Below, piece by piece: positions 54,980 through 64,000 of a DNA stretch of 64,000 nucleotides. A model generated the notes under the pieces. The model saw only the letters and a list, made by a program, of their open reading frames with translations, ran no database searches and was not told where the DNA came from. This stretch comes from Minisyncoccota bacterium. Lineage in GTDB: Bacteria > Patescibacteriota > Minisyncoccia > Phycocordibacterales > Phycocordibacteraceae. Every line of letters starts with the position of its first letter. Position 1 is the stretch's first letter. The stretch is from the NCBI GenBank assembly GCA_035627655.1, contig DASPLI010000001.1:24265-88264 (forward strand). The letters are read 5' to 3'. A program made the translations under genes and the position numbers.

Positions 54980-55435
54980 CTAGGCTTTGTACGGCTGGCG
55001 CGGGAACCCAACCTCAACTTGGTCAAGCGTTGTTGTCGGAAGACCGCCTTCAGGGATCATTTCGCCATAGCGCTCTTCCGAACGAACCCGATCATTAAAG
55101 ACTGGATTCGATACTTCGAAGATCACAAGGTCCTCAAGTGCCGTCTCGCGATGCACTGCCCCCGGGGGGATGTGTAGCGCTTCGCCAGGGCCGAGTTCTC
55201 GAGAGACGATAGTTCCGTCGCCCGGATCCCATTCAACCAAGAGTCGGCCGGACAAAATGTACCCGGCTTCGTCTTTCAGTCGGTGGAATTGCAGACCGCC
55301 ACGCGAGCCTTTCTTGTATTTAAGGAGCTTACCCGTATAGAGGTCCGTATGGATGAGGAGCACTTCCTCACCCCACGGACGCTCCCAAACTTCTGGTGTA
55401 AGAAACTCCACGACTGGTTTCTTTTCATCCTGCAT
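54980..55435 (-). CDS. Cupin protein (mannose-6-phosphate-isomerase type II-like)
   Basis: ERPWG, LQFHRLKDE, IPPGAVHR, EVS. Confidence 0.7.
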   Translation of the reverse strand: MQDEKKPVVEFLTPEVWERPWGEEVLLIHTDLYTGKLLKYKKGSRGGLQFHRLKDEAGYILSGRLLVEWDPGDGTIVSRELGPGEALHIPPGAVHRETALEDLVIFEVSNPVFNDRVRSEERYGEMIPEGGLPTTTLDQVEVGFPRQPYKA

Positions 55436-55502
55436 GAATTTCTCCCGTGTGTTTGGCAAACGGACTCTAATGGATTTTCCGGTCTTGGTCAATCTGCGTG
55501 AG

Positions 55503-56219
55503 CTATGACTCGCTTTGACGTCGCCTCAGGAGCTCCTCGGCCACCATGAAATCTACGTCGGTATCAATATCGATCGCTTCTGATTTTGGTACTTGAAGGT
55601 ATCGAATCTTATTCCCTGCCATGCTTCGGTCTTCGACTAACGTCTTCCAACGCAGTGCAATCACATCAATGTGCTGATGGGCCTCGGGAAATGATTGCCG
55701 GGGGAGATTGTGCGCGTCTTTAAGACCTATAAATTCCTCAGACAAAAACGGCACCAGATAGTCTCCCTCCGTTTTCCAGAGCTTATACGGATGCTTGGCA
55801 GCAGGAACAACGGTGCGCGAAGAGTCGGCTACAGGGTCATTCAAGAGAAGCTCTATGCAAGCATCGATGCGTTCAGGGGTGCACAGAGGCGCGGTAGGTG
55901 GCAACCGAACGATGATATCCGCTTTCCAGCCCTCCTGTTTATACAGCCAAGTGGCCGCGTGATGTAGATAGTCAAAATCCGGCACGGCGTCTCCAGACAA
56001 CTCGTCCGGACGAATAAAGGGCACTTCGATACCAAGCTCGCCTGCAAGCTGGGCATACTCCGGGGAATCCGTTGAAACGATGATGCGGCTCAAGTGCTTT
56101 GATTTCTTCCCCGCCTCCGCAATCCAGGCAAACAACGGCTTACCAAGGAGCGGTTGTATATTCTTATGCGGGATGGATTTTGAGCCAGACCGTGCGCCGA
56201 TAACGCCGAGGATGTTCAT
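55503..56219 (-). CDS. NeuA-family acylneuraminate cytidylyltransferase
   Basis: ARSGSKSIPHKN, VSTDS, RPDELS, PTAP, RQ, DIDTDVDF. Confidence 0.9.
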   Translation of the reverse strand: MNILGVIGARSGSKSIPHKNIQPLLGKPLFAWIAEAGKKSKHLSRIIVSTDSPEYAQLAGELGIEVPFIRPDELSGDAVPDFDYLHHAATWLYKQEGWKADIIVRLPPTAPLCTPERIDACIELLLNDPVADSSRTVVPAAKHPYKLWKTEGDYLVPFLSEEFIGLKDAHNLPRQSFPEAHQHIDVIALRWKTLVEDRSMAGNKIRYLQVPKSEAIDIDTDVDFMVAEELLRRRQSES

Positions 56220-56221
56220 GG

Positions 56222-57601
56222 CTAGGATGCTAGCACTGTAAGAATAGCCTGCCCAGCCCGCTCCCCCGACCTCCCATCAAGCTTATAGAGCATGCGCTCA
56301 GTAAGCACGTCGCGCTCTGCCTGGAGATACTCTGGATTCTCAAGAAACGTGTTTAGCAGCTGAACTAGGTGTGTGTGACTTCTTGCGAGCGGCACTGCAC
56401 CGGTTTTGATCACGTTGCGATAGTGTTCGCGTTCGTAAATGAAAGCAATGGAGCGACGGTACGGAAGTTTTCGATCACCATCGTACGCGATAATAATGGC
56501 CGGTTTGCGGTTCGCCATCGCATCAAGTGTGAGCGTCGAGTCGACGTTGATGATCACATCTGCATGGCGAAGCGAGTTGGCCAGATGAATAACGTCATCA
56601 TCTTTAAAGGTCCACTGATTCGCATCTTTCCCACTATCGAGGCTGAATTCTCCCCCAGCAGCAAAGTACTTCCCTGGTTTATCAAACACTACATTCGTGG
56701 TTTGCAGTCCCTCGGTCGAGTCTCGATATTTGGGATGAAAGCGTGCAAGTACCTGGAACGGCTCTACGAATGCCCCTTGTGTAATCTGCTCATCGAGCAT
56801 AGCGATAATGGGACGAGTATCGGGAGATTTCCAGTCGCCCGGAATGCCGTAGAGCGCATACCGCGCAGCAGGGTTGAGGCCCACTTTTTCAAGAAACGCT
56901 TCACGTGGCAGGAATATGTCTTCGCGGGTATAGATGTCGAACTGCGGGAACCCAACCACAACAACTCGACTTGGCGGGTAGTCACCATACTGAGACGCTT
57001 CTTTCTTATTGAACTCGTTATACACGAGCAATCGATCTGCTTTCACACGGGTAAACGCCTTCGTCGTCAGCACGTCCCAACTCTTCGCAATCGTAACGCT
57101 TGGCACTTTGCGTCGTCGTGCCGTCAGCAGAAGCCTACTGTCTTCCGGTGAGAACATATTGGCCGCAAACAAAAGATCCGGTCGATATTTCTCAAACAAC
57201 GCTTCGGCGTATGATTCCCCAAACACTCGATAGAGTAGGCGAAGAAACTCTCGCCACACCCGCGAATGCGCTAGTATCCCCGCAATGCTACCGATTACAA
57301 ACAGGTGGTACTTTCCGGTATTCCAGTATTCACGTATCCGACGAACTGCCACTGCGTGCGTGGGTATAGAGTTCCAACCAGCGTAATACCAGAGCGTTTC
57401 CTGTCGAGAGCCGGAAGGCGGTAAGAGTTCGACCGCTACTTGTTCGTTTGCAAACTCGCGCTGGTAATGTTCGATACGGTCAGCACTGCGCACCAGAAGC
57501 ACAATTTTGTGTCCACTTTCCTTAAGTACTCGAAAGACGTCAGTTCGCAAAATGACGCGTTCGGTATCACCATCAAATATGGAAATGAAGATAGTTTTCA
57601 T
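56222..57601 (-). CDS. GT-B-fold transferase (CDP-glycerol-phosphotransferase-like; candidate nonulosonate transferase)
   Basis: SWDVLT, VGFPQFD, RFHP, STLTLDA, DGRSGER; lies between the flippase and neuA-like genes. Confidence 0.6.
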   Translation of the reverse strand: MKTIFISIFDGDTERVILRTDVFRVLKESGHKIVLLVRSADRIEHYQREFANEQVAVELLPPSGSRQETLWYYAGWNSIPTHAVAVRRIREYWNTGKYHLFVIGSIAGILAHSRVWREFLRLLYRVFGESYAEALFEKYRPDLLFAANMFSPEDSRLLLTARRRKVPSVTIAKSWDVLTTKAFTRVKADRLLVYNEFNKKEASQYGDYPPSRVVVVGFPQFDIYTREDIFLPREAFLEKVGLNPAARYALYGIPGDWKSPDTRPIIAMLDEQITQGAFVEPFQVLARFHPKYRDSTEGLQTTNVVFDKPGKYFAAGGEFSLDSGKDANQWTFKDDDVIHLANSLRHADVIINVDSTLTLDAMANRKPAIIIAYDGDRKLPYRRSIAFIYEREHYRNVIKTGAVPLARSHTHLVQLLNTFLENPEYLQAERDVLTERMLYKLDGRSGERAGQAILTVLAS

Positions 57602-58953
57602 GACCGGAATTTGCTTTTGACGAATCTCATCCCATCTCGAATAAACAAGCCGTCCGCGCTATCAGGAAGCACGAGGTGATGCAGTTTGTAGGACAGTTCT
57701 TCTCGCGTCGTCACATACCAAAGACTTATCCCATACGAAAGCACGCTATCAATAAGGAACCAGACAGCGAACCCAGAGAGTCCAAGCCACACAAGGAGAA
57801 ACGGTAAGAAAATAAAGGATAATTTCGAAATGGCGTTGACCATAAAGAACGCCTTTTGCGCCTTCCGTGCGTAGTACCACTCAGTAAGCACGCTTGTGCC
57901 CGAACGAAACGGAATAGCTACCAATAGGAGAAGATAGAGCGGGAGCGCAGCAAGATAACTTGGGAAGAAGGACGGAAATACCACATACGCAATAATCAAT
58001 ACACCAACCCCGACTAAGACCTGTCCCCACAAAGCGTAGCGCATGGCGCGTATAAGCCACTCTCCTATTCGCTCACGATCTGCGGTAAATCGCGGAAGAA
58101 TGGAACGAAGCACGTACTGCACTGGCACGAGCGCGGTCACCTGTCCCACCAGGACAACCGCAATACTGATAATGCCCACCTGCGAAATACTCAGGAAATA
58201 GCCCACGATCCAGGGCCAGGCGGAACTAGCTGCTGTTTGCACATAGTCTTCGGCGAACGCCCACTTCCCTCGCCGCCACATCGCTTCCTTGAATGAGTAC
58301 ACCTGATCCGCCTCAACTGCCTTCTGTGCATCACGAGGCCGAAAGAGAAAGGGCAACAACGCAAGTGTTCCAAAAGTGGTAGAGAGCGTATACGCAAGAA
58401 CGAGCCCGAGGATGCCGTAGTCAAAGACACCAAGAAAGATGACCAAAAGTACGATGTAGCCAACCGCACCAATAAGATCCATTACTTGCGCGTAGGTGGG
58501 TTCGAGGCGCGCCTGAAACGCAACCTGCATCGCTTGTCGCAGTCCGCCAATCAGCAAGGTTACAGCAAGGATCAGCAGCATGGTCGTAAGCCCGATCCCA
58601 GAAATACTGCTGATCACCGGAGCTGCTATACAGAGCGCGCCCGCTGAAAAAAGTCCCATCAGGCAGAAATAGCCAAGTGCTCGGCGCAATATTGCTTGTG
58701 CTGCACCAGATCGCCCTGCGCCAAGCTCACGCGAAATGTCAGCAACCAGAATCCCAGAAATACTCCCAAGACTGATAAGCCCAAAAAAGGACACGACACT
58801 GAGGAGAAGCCGCCAGAGACCGTAGTCGTACGTTGTGAGGTGGGTAAGAACAAAAAAGGTTGCGAACAATCCTAATATCTTTGCGAGCACGCTTCCCGCG
58901 CTGGTGATAAAGACGCCTTCAACTGCCTGCCGTCGGATACTTTTATCGCTCAT
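57598..58953 (-). CDS. Wzx-type oligosaccharide flippase
   Basis: About 12 TMs; LTTYDYGL motif after TM1; within a glycan operon. Confidence 0.8.
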   Translation of the reverse strand: MSDKSIRRQAVEGVFITSAGSVLAKILGLFATFFVLTHLTTYDYGLWRLLLSVVSFFGLISLGSISGILVADISRELGAGRSGAAQAILRRALGYFCLMGLFSAGALCIAAPVISSISGIGLTTMLLILAVTLLIGGLRQAMQVAFQARLEPTYAQVMDLIGAVGYIVLLVIFLGVFDYGILGLVLAYTLSTTFGTLALLPFLFRPRDAQKAVEADQVYSFKEAMWRRGKWAFAEDYVQTAASSAWPWIVGYFLSISQVGIISIAVVLVGQVTALVPVQYVLRSILPRFTADRERIGEWLIRAMRYALWGQVLVGVGVLIIAYVVFPSFFPSYLAALPLYLLLLVAIPFRSGTSVLTEWYYARKAQKAFFMVNAISKLSFIFLPFLLVWLGLSGFAVWFLIDSVLSYGISLWYVTTREELSYKLHHLVLPDSADGLFIRDGMRFVKSKFRS

Positions 58954-60079
58954 GGCTGAGATAGGTAAGAACACGCTCAATACGCGCTCTCCAAGTGTTT
59001 GCAAAACCAAGTCTATCAGCTGCCTGCGCTCGTACGTCCCCTTCCTGCGGATGTTCTTGTACATAGGTGATAGTAGAAGCAAGGGCTTGTGGAGACCCTG
59101 GCTCAAGAAAGAAGGCTTCCTGATCGGAGAGCATTTCTCGTATCGCAGGGAAATCAGCAACCAGTATCGGACGGCTTGCTGCCATATATTCATACAACTT
59201 CATAGGCGACGTTTCCTCCTGAAAGAACTTATGCGGTGGCGGTGTATATATGAGCGCGTCCATGGCAACCGTATAGCGTGCAAGCGTGCTCTGCTCCTGC
59301 TGGTATGGCACGAAGATGGTCCGCTCTGCTACACCAAGCTCTTGCGCACGCTTCCGAAAATGCTCAATCTCTTTCTCCGTTCCACCTACGAAACAGAAGT
59401 GGACGCTCGAGTCTTTAAGCAGTGCGAGCGCGTCCAGTCCTAGGTTGATACCTTTATCAACGCCAAGCGCGAGGAAACGCCCTACGTAACCGACGAGATA
59501 CACATCGCCTGGAAGCCCGAGTGAAGCGCGTAAAAGTGGCTTTGTTTCTTTGAGTGCCGTTACATACGGCTCACGATCGACCGCATTTGGAATAACAGTA
59601 CTCTTTCGAAGAGTACCGAACCGCGCCTTCGCACTGTCTTCCATGTGCTTGGTGACAAACACCAGCGCGTCTGCATTCTTGCAGACAAACCTATCTGTAA
59701 GAGGTGAATGCAATCCATGGCACTCATAAAGCACAGAAAACCTAAAGACGGTTCTCCAAAAAAGGAGGACGGCCGCCATTTTGCTCTCTTGCGTCAGTAC
59801 GATAACCTCCCTTCCTCGCCATGAAGGATGGGTGAGAAAAAACCAGCCACTATAAAAAAGAAAGAAGAGTGAGATGAGTCGGAACCTGCGAAGTGGAAGC
59901 CAGCGAGGTGCCATTGATTGATGCGGTATGTTCGCAAGCTTCCCCGCGTCGTCATAGAGAACCAGATACAGAAAATTGTCCTTTAACAGCGCCGCATATT
60001 CGCGCGCAGTTATGAGCCCATGCTTGAAGGGCGCTGCAAATGCCGGATAGTGGAACGAGGAAGCGAAGAGAACTTTCAT
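58943..60079 (-). CDS. GT4 glycosyltransferase
   Basis: VIPNAVD, YVGR, DKG, SPMKLYEYMAASRPI. Confidence 0.88.
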   Translation of the reverse strand: MKVLFASSFHYPAFAAPFKHGLITAREYAALLKDNFLYLVLYDDAGKLANIPHQSMAPRWLPLRRFRLISLFFLFYSGWFFLTHPSWRGREVIVLTQESKMAAVLLFWRTVFRFSVLYECHGLHSPLTDRFVCKNADALVFVTKHMEDSAKARFGTLRKSTVIPNAVDREPYVTALKETKPLLRASLGLPGDVYLVGYVGRFLALGVDKGINLGLDALALLKDSSVHFCFVGGTEKEIEHFRKRAQELGVAERTIFVPYQQEQSTLARYTVAMDALIYTPPPHKFFQEETSPMKLYEYMAASRPILVADFPAIREMLSDQEAFFLEPGSPQALASTITYVQEHPQEGDVRAQAADRLGFANTWRARIERVLTYLSHER

Positions 60080-61731
60080 TTCTCGAGCAGGTAGTCCCCA
60101 AGCGCGAGCGCATCAATACCTGTAGAGAAATAGCAGCGAAGCGCGTCGAAGGCAGAACAGACGATAGGCTCCCCCTTGTCATTGAACGACGTGTTGAGAA
60201 CCATCGGATGCCCAGTTGCTTTCCCAACCTCGGTCAAGAGTTCGTGGAAACGTGGATTCTGCTCTTTGCTTACCGTCTGAATACGTGCAGATCCATCGAT
60301 GTGAGTAATGGCTGGGAATGTTGATCGATACGCTTTCTTTACATAAAAGGTTTGCAGCATGTACGGACTTTCCTTCGCCTTGGGGAGGCCTTCGAAGTAT
60401 GTGGCAGCTGACTCGACCGTTAGGGAGGGTGCAAATGGTCGCCACACCTCTCGATGCTTCACGTCGTTATTGATCTTATCGTTCATCCCAGGAATCTGAG
60501 GGTTCGCGAGGATCGAACGGTTACCAAGCGCACGCGGGCCAATTTCACTTCGACCCTGGAACCAGCCAACAATCTTGCCGTCTTTAATGAGGCGTGCAAC
60601 GTCAGCTGCAATGTGCTCCGATTTTCGATAACTAACTTTTGCGGAGGTCAAAAGCTTCTCGACTGAGTCGTTGTCGTACGATGGACCCCAATACGCATTT
60701 GGAAACGAAACAAAATCACCGTCTCCAACTCGATGCATCGCCTCAAGCGCTGCCCCAAGCGCAACTCCCCCGTCATGCGCGGCCGGCTGTATAAAAACGG
60801 CGTCGACGAATTCTGAAAGAAGGAGACGCGAGTTGCTGTTGCAGTTGAGTGTGACGCCGCCGGCAAGCGCAAACGTGCGCAGTCCGGTGCGTTTATATGC
60901 ATCTTCGCCAAGGTGTACGAATGCCTCTTCTAGAGCATGTTGCAGAGAGGCGGCAAGATCCTTATGATCTTGGGTCAGTGGTTCTGTCTCTAACTTTCGT
61001 TCGTAAGAACCGTACAAGGTACGGATATTCCTTCGATCTACGTGGCATCTATCCCAGCTCTCTACCTTCAGTATTTTTGAGAAGTCAAAACGAGGGGTGC
61101 CGTAGGACGCAAGACCCATGGTCTTCCCTTCCGCATTTTCTCCCAGCTTAAGGAAAGAGGTGAGTTCCGAGTACGTCTTACCAATAGAGCGCCACGGGCG
61201 CGTGTCGGTCGGATAGGCAATCGGAAGGGTCGCAAGTCGAGTCAACTTTCCTCCTCGCCCTTCAAACAAGCCAGCGCAGTCATGTTCGCCCGCTCCGTCA
61301 ATCGTCATGACGTTTGCGTCTTTAAATGGCGCACAGCGATAGGAACTTGCTGCGTGCGCGAGGTGGTGATCTATGTACATGATGCGTGCACCGCCCGCTT
61401 TCTTTGCAAGCATGCCGACGCCGCGCGAAAAGACAAAGATATTTGCGACGTAAGAAAACATCGCCCACGGAGAAAGAAAGAAGAATCCGTTTTTGAGGAA
61501 CCCCCACGGATTATAGGAAACGGCAATAACGTCAATATCCTTAATCGTGATACCGCCTTCCTTAAGGCAGTAGTCAATTGCTTTATGTGGTGTTCCTTTG
61601 TGGTGACGCTGGCGGTTGAACCGCTCTTCTTCCATGGTGGCAACGAGCTTTCCATCCATCACCAGGGCGGCAGCGGAGTCGTGCATACCGGAGAGGAGGC
61701 CGGTCACCTGGTTGATTCCGAGAATATTCAT
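60076..61731 (-). CDS. NodU/CmcH-family carbamoyltransferase
   Basis: HDSAAAL, EEERF, HHLAHAAS, DGAGE, EGKTMGLA, GPRALGNRS, RPFAP, NTSFN. Confidence 0.93.
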   Translation of the reverse strand: MNILGINQVTGLLSGMHDSAAALVMDGKLVATMEEERFNRQRHHKGTPHKAIDYCLKEGGITIKDIDVIAVSYNPWGFLKNGFFFLSPWAMFSYVANIFVFSRGVGMLAKKAGGARIMYIDHHLAHAASSYRCAPFKDANVMTIDGAGEHDCAGLFEGRGGKLTRLATLPIAYPTDTRPWRSIGKTYSELTSFLKLGENAEGKTMGLASYGTPRFDFSKILKVESWDRCHVDRRNIRTLYGSYERKLETEPLTQDHKDLAASLQHALEEAFVHLGEDAYKRTGLRTFALAGGVTLNCNSNSRLLLSEFVDAVFIQPAAHDGGVALGAALEAMHRVGDGDFVSFPNAYWGPSYDNDSVEKLLTSAKVSYRKSEHIAADVARLIKDGKIVGWFQGRSEIGPRALGNRSILANPQIPGMNDKINNDVKHREVWRPFAPSLTVESAATYFEGLPKAKESPYMLQTFYVKKAYRSTFPAITHIDGSARIQTVSKEQNPRFHELLTEVGKATGHPMVLNTSFNDKGEPIVCSAFDALRCYFSTGIDALALGDYLLEK

Positions 61732-61779
61732 GCAATAGCGACAGTGTAGCGAGGGGCTGAAAAGGACGCAACGTAGGTG

Positions 61780-62427
61780 TTAGGGGCGCGGTTTAGGACC
61801 TTTTGCAGCAAAACAGAGATTAAAGGCAAAGGCCTGCGGAAACCAACGAGCAAGTACCCCGAGACTGCCAATGCCTTCGACCCGAACTTCGGTAAACACC
61901 ACCTCAAGCAATGTCTGTAACTCCTGCACACTGAAGTGATTGATATGTGTCGGGTCAGCAAGCGATGTATGGCGTTTCTGTTTTATGAGATACCGGAACC
62001 GATTCATAAGCGAATAAGGATTCGGCACCGTACCGACTAGCATTCCTCCCGGCTTTAATACCGCTCCTATCTTCTCAAGCACCACTTCCGGATAGTACAG
62101 GTGCTCCAGTACCTTAGCCGCAACAACCACATCATATGAAGCAGGCGCAGTATTCCAATCTCCGTTGAGGTCTACCTGACGTGTTTCAATACCGAGTTCA
62201 GCAGCGCGAGCGAGTGCGGCGGAGTCTATATCAAGTCCAGTTACTGTATTCCCTTCCATGTAGAGCTTGGTGAGAGATCCGTCTCGACAGCCGATGTCGA
62301 GTACTTTCTTCCCTGTACCGATTGCTTTCCGAAGAAAAGCAGAACGCGCATCGCCGAGTAAGACAAATCCTGCACCACGCCTACTAGCGTGATGGGTCAT
62401 ATATACCTGCTCCAAGGAGGTACTCAT
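61780..62427 (-). CDS. Class I SAM-dependent methyltransferase
   Basis: VLDIGCRDG, GLDID, LEHL, LKPGG, VPN. Confidence 0.85.
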   Translation of the reverse strand: MSTSLEQVYMTHHASRRGAGFVLLGDARSAFLRKAIGTGKKVLDIGCRDGSLTKLYMEGNTVTGLDIDSAALARAAELGIETRQVDLNGDWNTAPASYDVVVAAKVLEHLYYPEVVLEKIGAVLKPGGMLVGTVPNPYSLMNRFRYLIKQKRHTSLADPTHINHFSVQELQTLLEVVFTEVRVEGIGSLGVLARWFPQAFAFNLCFAAKGPKPRP

Positions 62428-63449
62428 GCCTTCACTATAACCTCGGTAAGCGCACTGCCTAGGCGACTTAGGCTATGTCCCTGCGCAAAGCTTAGCAGAT
62501 TGTCTCGATCTACTGCAGGCACGCCAGCACGGAGAACTACTTCAAGTCTTTGAGCAAGTTCTGAAGCGCTAGAAAACCAGTGGGAATCATCGACCATGTC
62601 TCGTATATCGTCGCTGGCAGCAAGAATAAAACAGCCAGCGGCTGCGGCTTCAAAAATAGTTTTGTCGAGCATTCCTGAAGGTGACGCATTCACAAATATT
62701 TCGTGCGAATGAAAATAGCTTGGAGCTTCCTGGTGAGGAACGCCAGGACGTATAGCAACGTGCTCGGTAAGGCCAGTTTGTGTTATGCGTTCTTTAAGGT
62801 CTCGAGCGTAGCCCTCATGCTCAGGAAGCGGCGAGCCGATAATAGAAGCCGAAAATAAAACGCCGCGCTGCTTTAGAAGACCCAGTGCGTCAACAAACAT
62901 ATCTGCTCGCTTTGACGGTGACAGTCTTCCGAAGAAGAGTATGGAGTGTGGCTCTGGTGTGTTATCAGGTTTTGAGAAACGCTCCGTTTCTATACCGACA
63001 GGCATACGGCGTGTTTTTGCATATTTTGCAGTGTACGAATGCTTTGAGGTGCAGAAGACATGTTTACAAAACGATGCTGCAATGTCGGTCAGGAATGAGC
63101 CGTGATGATGGTTTCGCCAAAGAAATGCGGGTTTGCCGAGTATCTGCCAAAGCCAGCCTGCAAGGAGGAGGTACTCCTGATTCATATGTACAAAAACACG
63201 ATCATACCGATTTCGAAGACGCCACACTAACGAGAGAAATCGAATAGCGTACTGCAGTCGAATGGTTCGACCACGCTCCTTGCCGAGGGAATGCACACGA
63301 ACGTTTGCAGGTAATATATGCCGTCCCTCTTTGAGACAAATGACCTCAAGTTCAGGGAAGTGTCCGGCGAGAACTACCAGCCATTCGTGATACACGCTGA
63401 GAACTGGATCGTCGAGATCTACTGCTTGCGTGACGACAAGAAGCCTCAT
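62424..63449 (-). CDS. GT4 glycosyltransferase
   Basis: GRLSPSK, GMLDKTIFEAAAAG. Confidence 0.85.
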   Translation of the reverse strand: MRLLVVTQAVDLDDPVLSVYHEWLVVLAGHFPELEVICLKEGRHILPANVRVHSLGKERGRTIRLQYAIRFLSLVWRLRNRYDRVFVHMNQEYLLLAGWLWQILGKPAFLWRNHHHGSFLTDIAASFCKHVFCTSKHSYTAKYAKTRRMPVGIETERFSKPDNTPEPHSILFFGRLSPSKRADMFVDALGLLKQRGVLFSASIIGSPLPEHEGYARDLKERITQTGLTEHVAIRPGVPHQEAPSYFHSHEIFVNASPSGMLDKTIFEAAAAGCFILAASDDIRDMVDDSHWFSSASELAQRLEVVLRAGVPAVDRDNLLSFAQGHSLSRLGSALTEVIVKA

Positions 63450-63453
63450 GATG

Positions 63454-64000
63454 TTACGTAGTTGCCAAAACGTAATAACCAGCGGTTGTGCTCCGATTTT
63501 CTGTCTTGAAGAGCGTATCGAAAAATTCGGCAAGCGGATTTAGGATCCCGCGCATCTTTGCCTGCCCCGGAACAAAGAAAGAAAGAGCAAGGAAGTACCC
63601 GCCACGTTTTTGAATACGTATGTCCGTACACCCCGCAAACAACTCATCGATAGTGTCACGAAAGAATCGCCAATAGTCTGGGTAATGGCCTTTGTGCGCG
63701 TGATACGGATAAATAGATGGTACATAAAGAAAGATCTGCCCGCCTGGCCGAACAATGCGGCGCAGTTCTTTCATGGCCGCAAGCGGGTCTCGCACATGCT
63801 CGAGAACTGAACTACAAATAACGGCATCTACAGAACTGTCAGGAAGCGGGATAGCATGAATATCTCCAACGATATCCGCTCCAGTACTTACGTCGAAATC
63901 CATCGTCTTGTAATCACAGCCAGCAAAGAGAGATTCGTATGGCCGCATCCACTTACCAAAACGTCCGCCTCCGCCAACATCAAGCACTATGCGCTCTTTT
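63454..64000 (-). CDS. Class I SAM-dependent methyltransferase (start beyond the window)
   Basis: LDVGGG, GDIHAIP, SVLEHV, RPGG, PYH..DYWRF; frame open to the window edge. Confidence 0.85.
   Translation of the reverse strand, partial: KERIVLDVGGGGRFGKWMRPYESLFAGCDYKTMDFDVSTGADIVGDIHAIPLPDSSVDAVICSSVLEHVRDPLAAMKELRRIVRPGGQIFLYVPSIYPYHAHKGHYPDYWRFFRDTIDELFAGCTDIRIQKRGGYFLALSFFVPGQAKMRGILNPLAEFFDTLFKTENRSTTAGYYVLATT

Noticed and set aside
1-64000. Alternative genetic code (TGA=Gly) as in some CPR lineages
   Set aside because: Long genes are intact under code 11, and TGA terminates genes at ATGA overlaps (pheS, pilin, carbamoyltransferase).

Overview
A bacterial chromosome segment in genetic code 11 (TGA acts as a stop), moderately GC-rich, with most genes on the minus strand. 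Streamlined translation genes, a type IV pilin, giant surface proteins and near-absent Shine-Dalgarno sites point to a Patescibacteria/CPR (Parcubacteria-like) genome; this placement is inferred and was not searched. Contents: (1) housekeeping genes gyrB, pheST, tRNA-Thr, tsf, rpsB, prfA, rpmE, rplY, gatB, obgE and secA; (2) a glycolysis/non-oxidative pentose-phosphate cluster (class I fba, PfkB kinase, split transketolase, rpe, rpiB, gap) interrupted by a pilin; (3) an accessory island at about 26-35 kb encoding exported or membrane modifying enzymes (4-His membrane protein, degenerate sulfatase, Lnt-like acyltransferase, arylsulfotransferase-like propeller, alpha/alpha-toroid protein, PHM-like copper monooxygenase) around a Gly-rich surface protein; (4) a 2369-aa protein that fuses an N-terminal excisionase/MerR-like HTH and one TM helix to a tail-fibre-like ectodomain, next to a second HTH-membrane paralog and an AT-rich, palindrome-rich intergenic region; (5) a nonulosonic-acid surface-glycan locus. 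Three ORFs missing from the supplied track were found by reading the DNA: a sortase at the left edge, a 50-aa membrane peptide, and a 28-aa Lys/Arg-rich protamine/H1-like peptide with its own terminator, structured leader and adjacent DnaA box. Most transcription units appear leaderless, with a TAnnnT element 6-9 nt before the start codon. No CRISPR array, IS element, integrase, rRNA or reverse transcriptase was seen. All family calls come from motif recognition; no database search was run.
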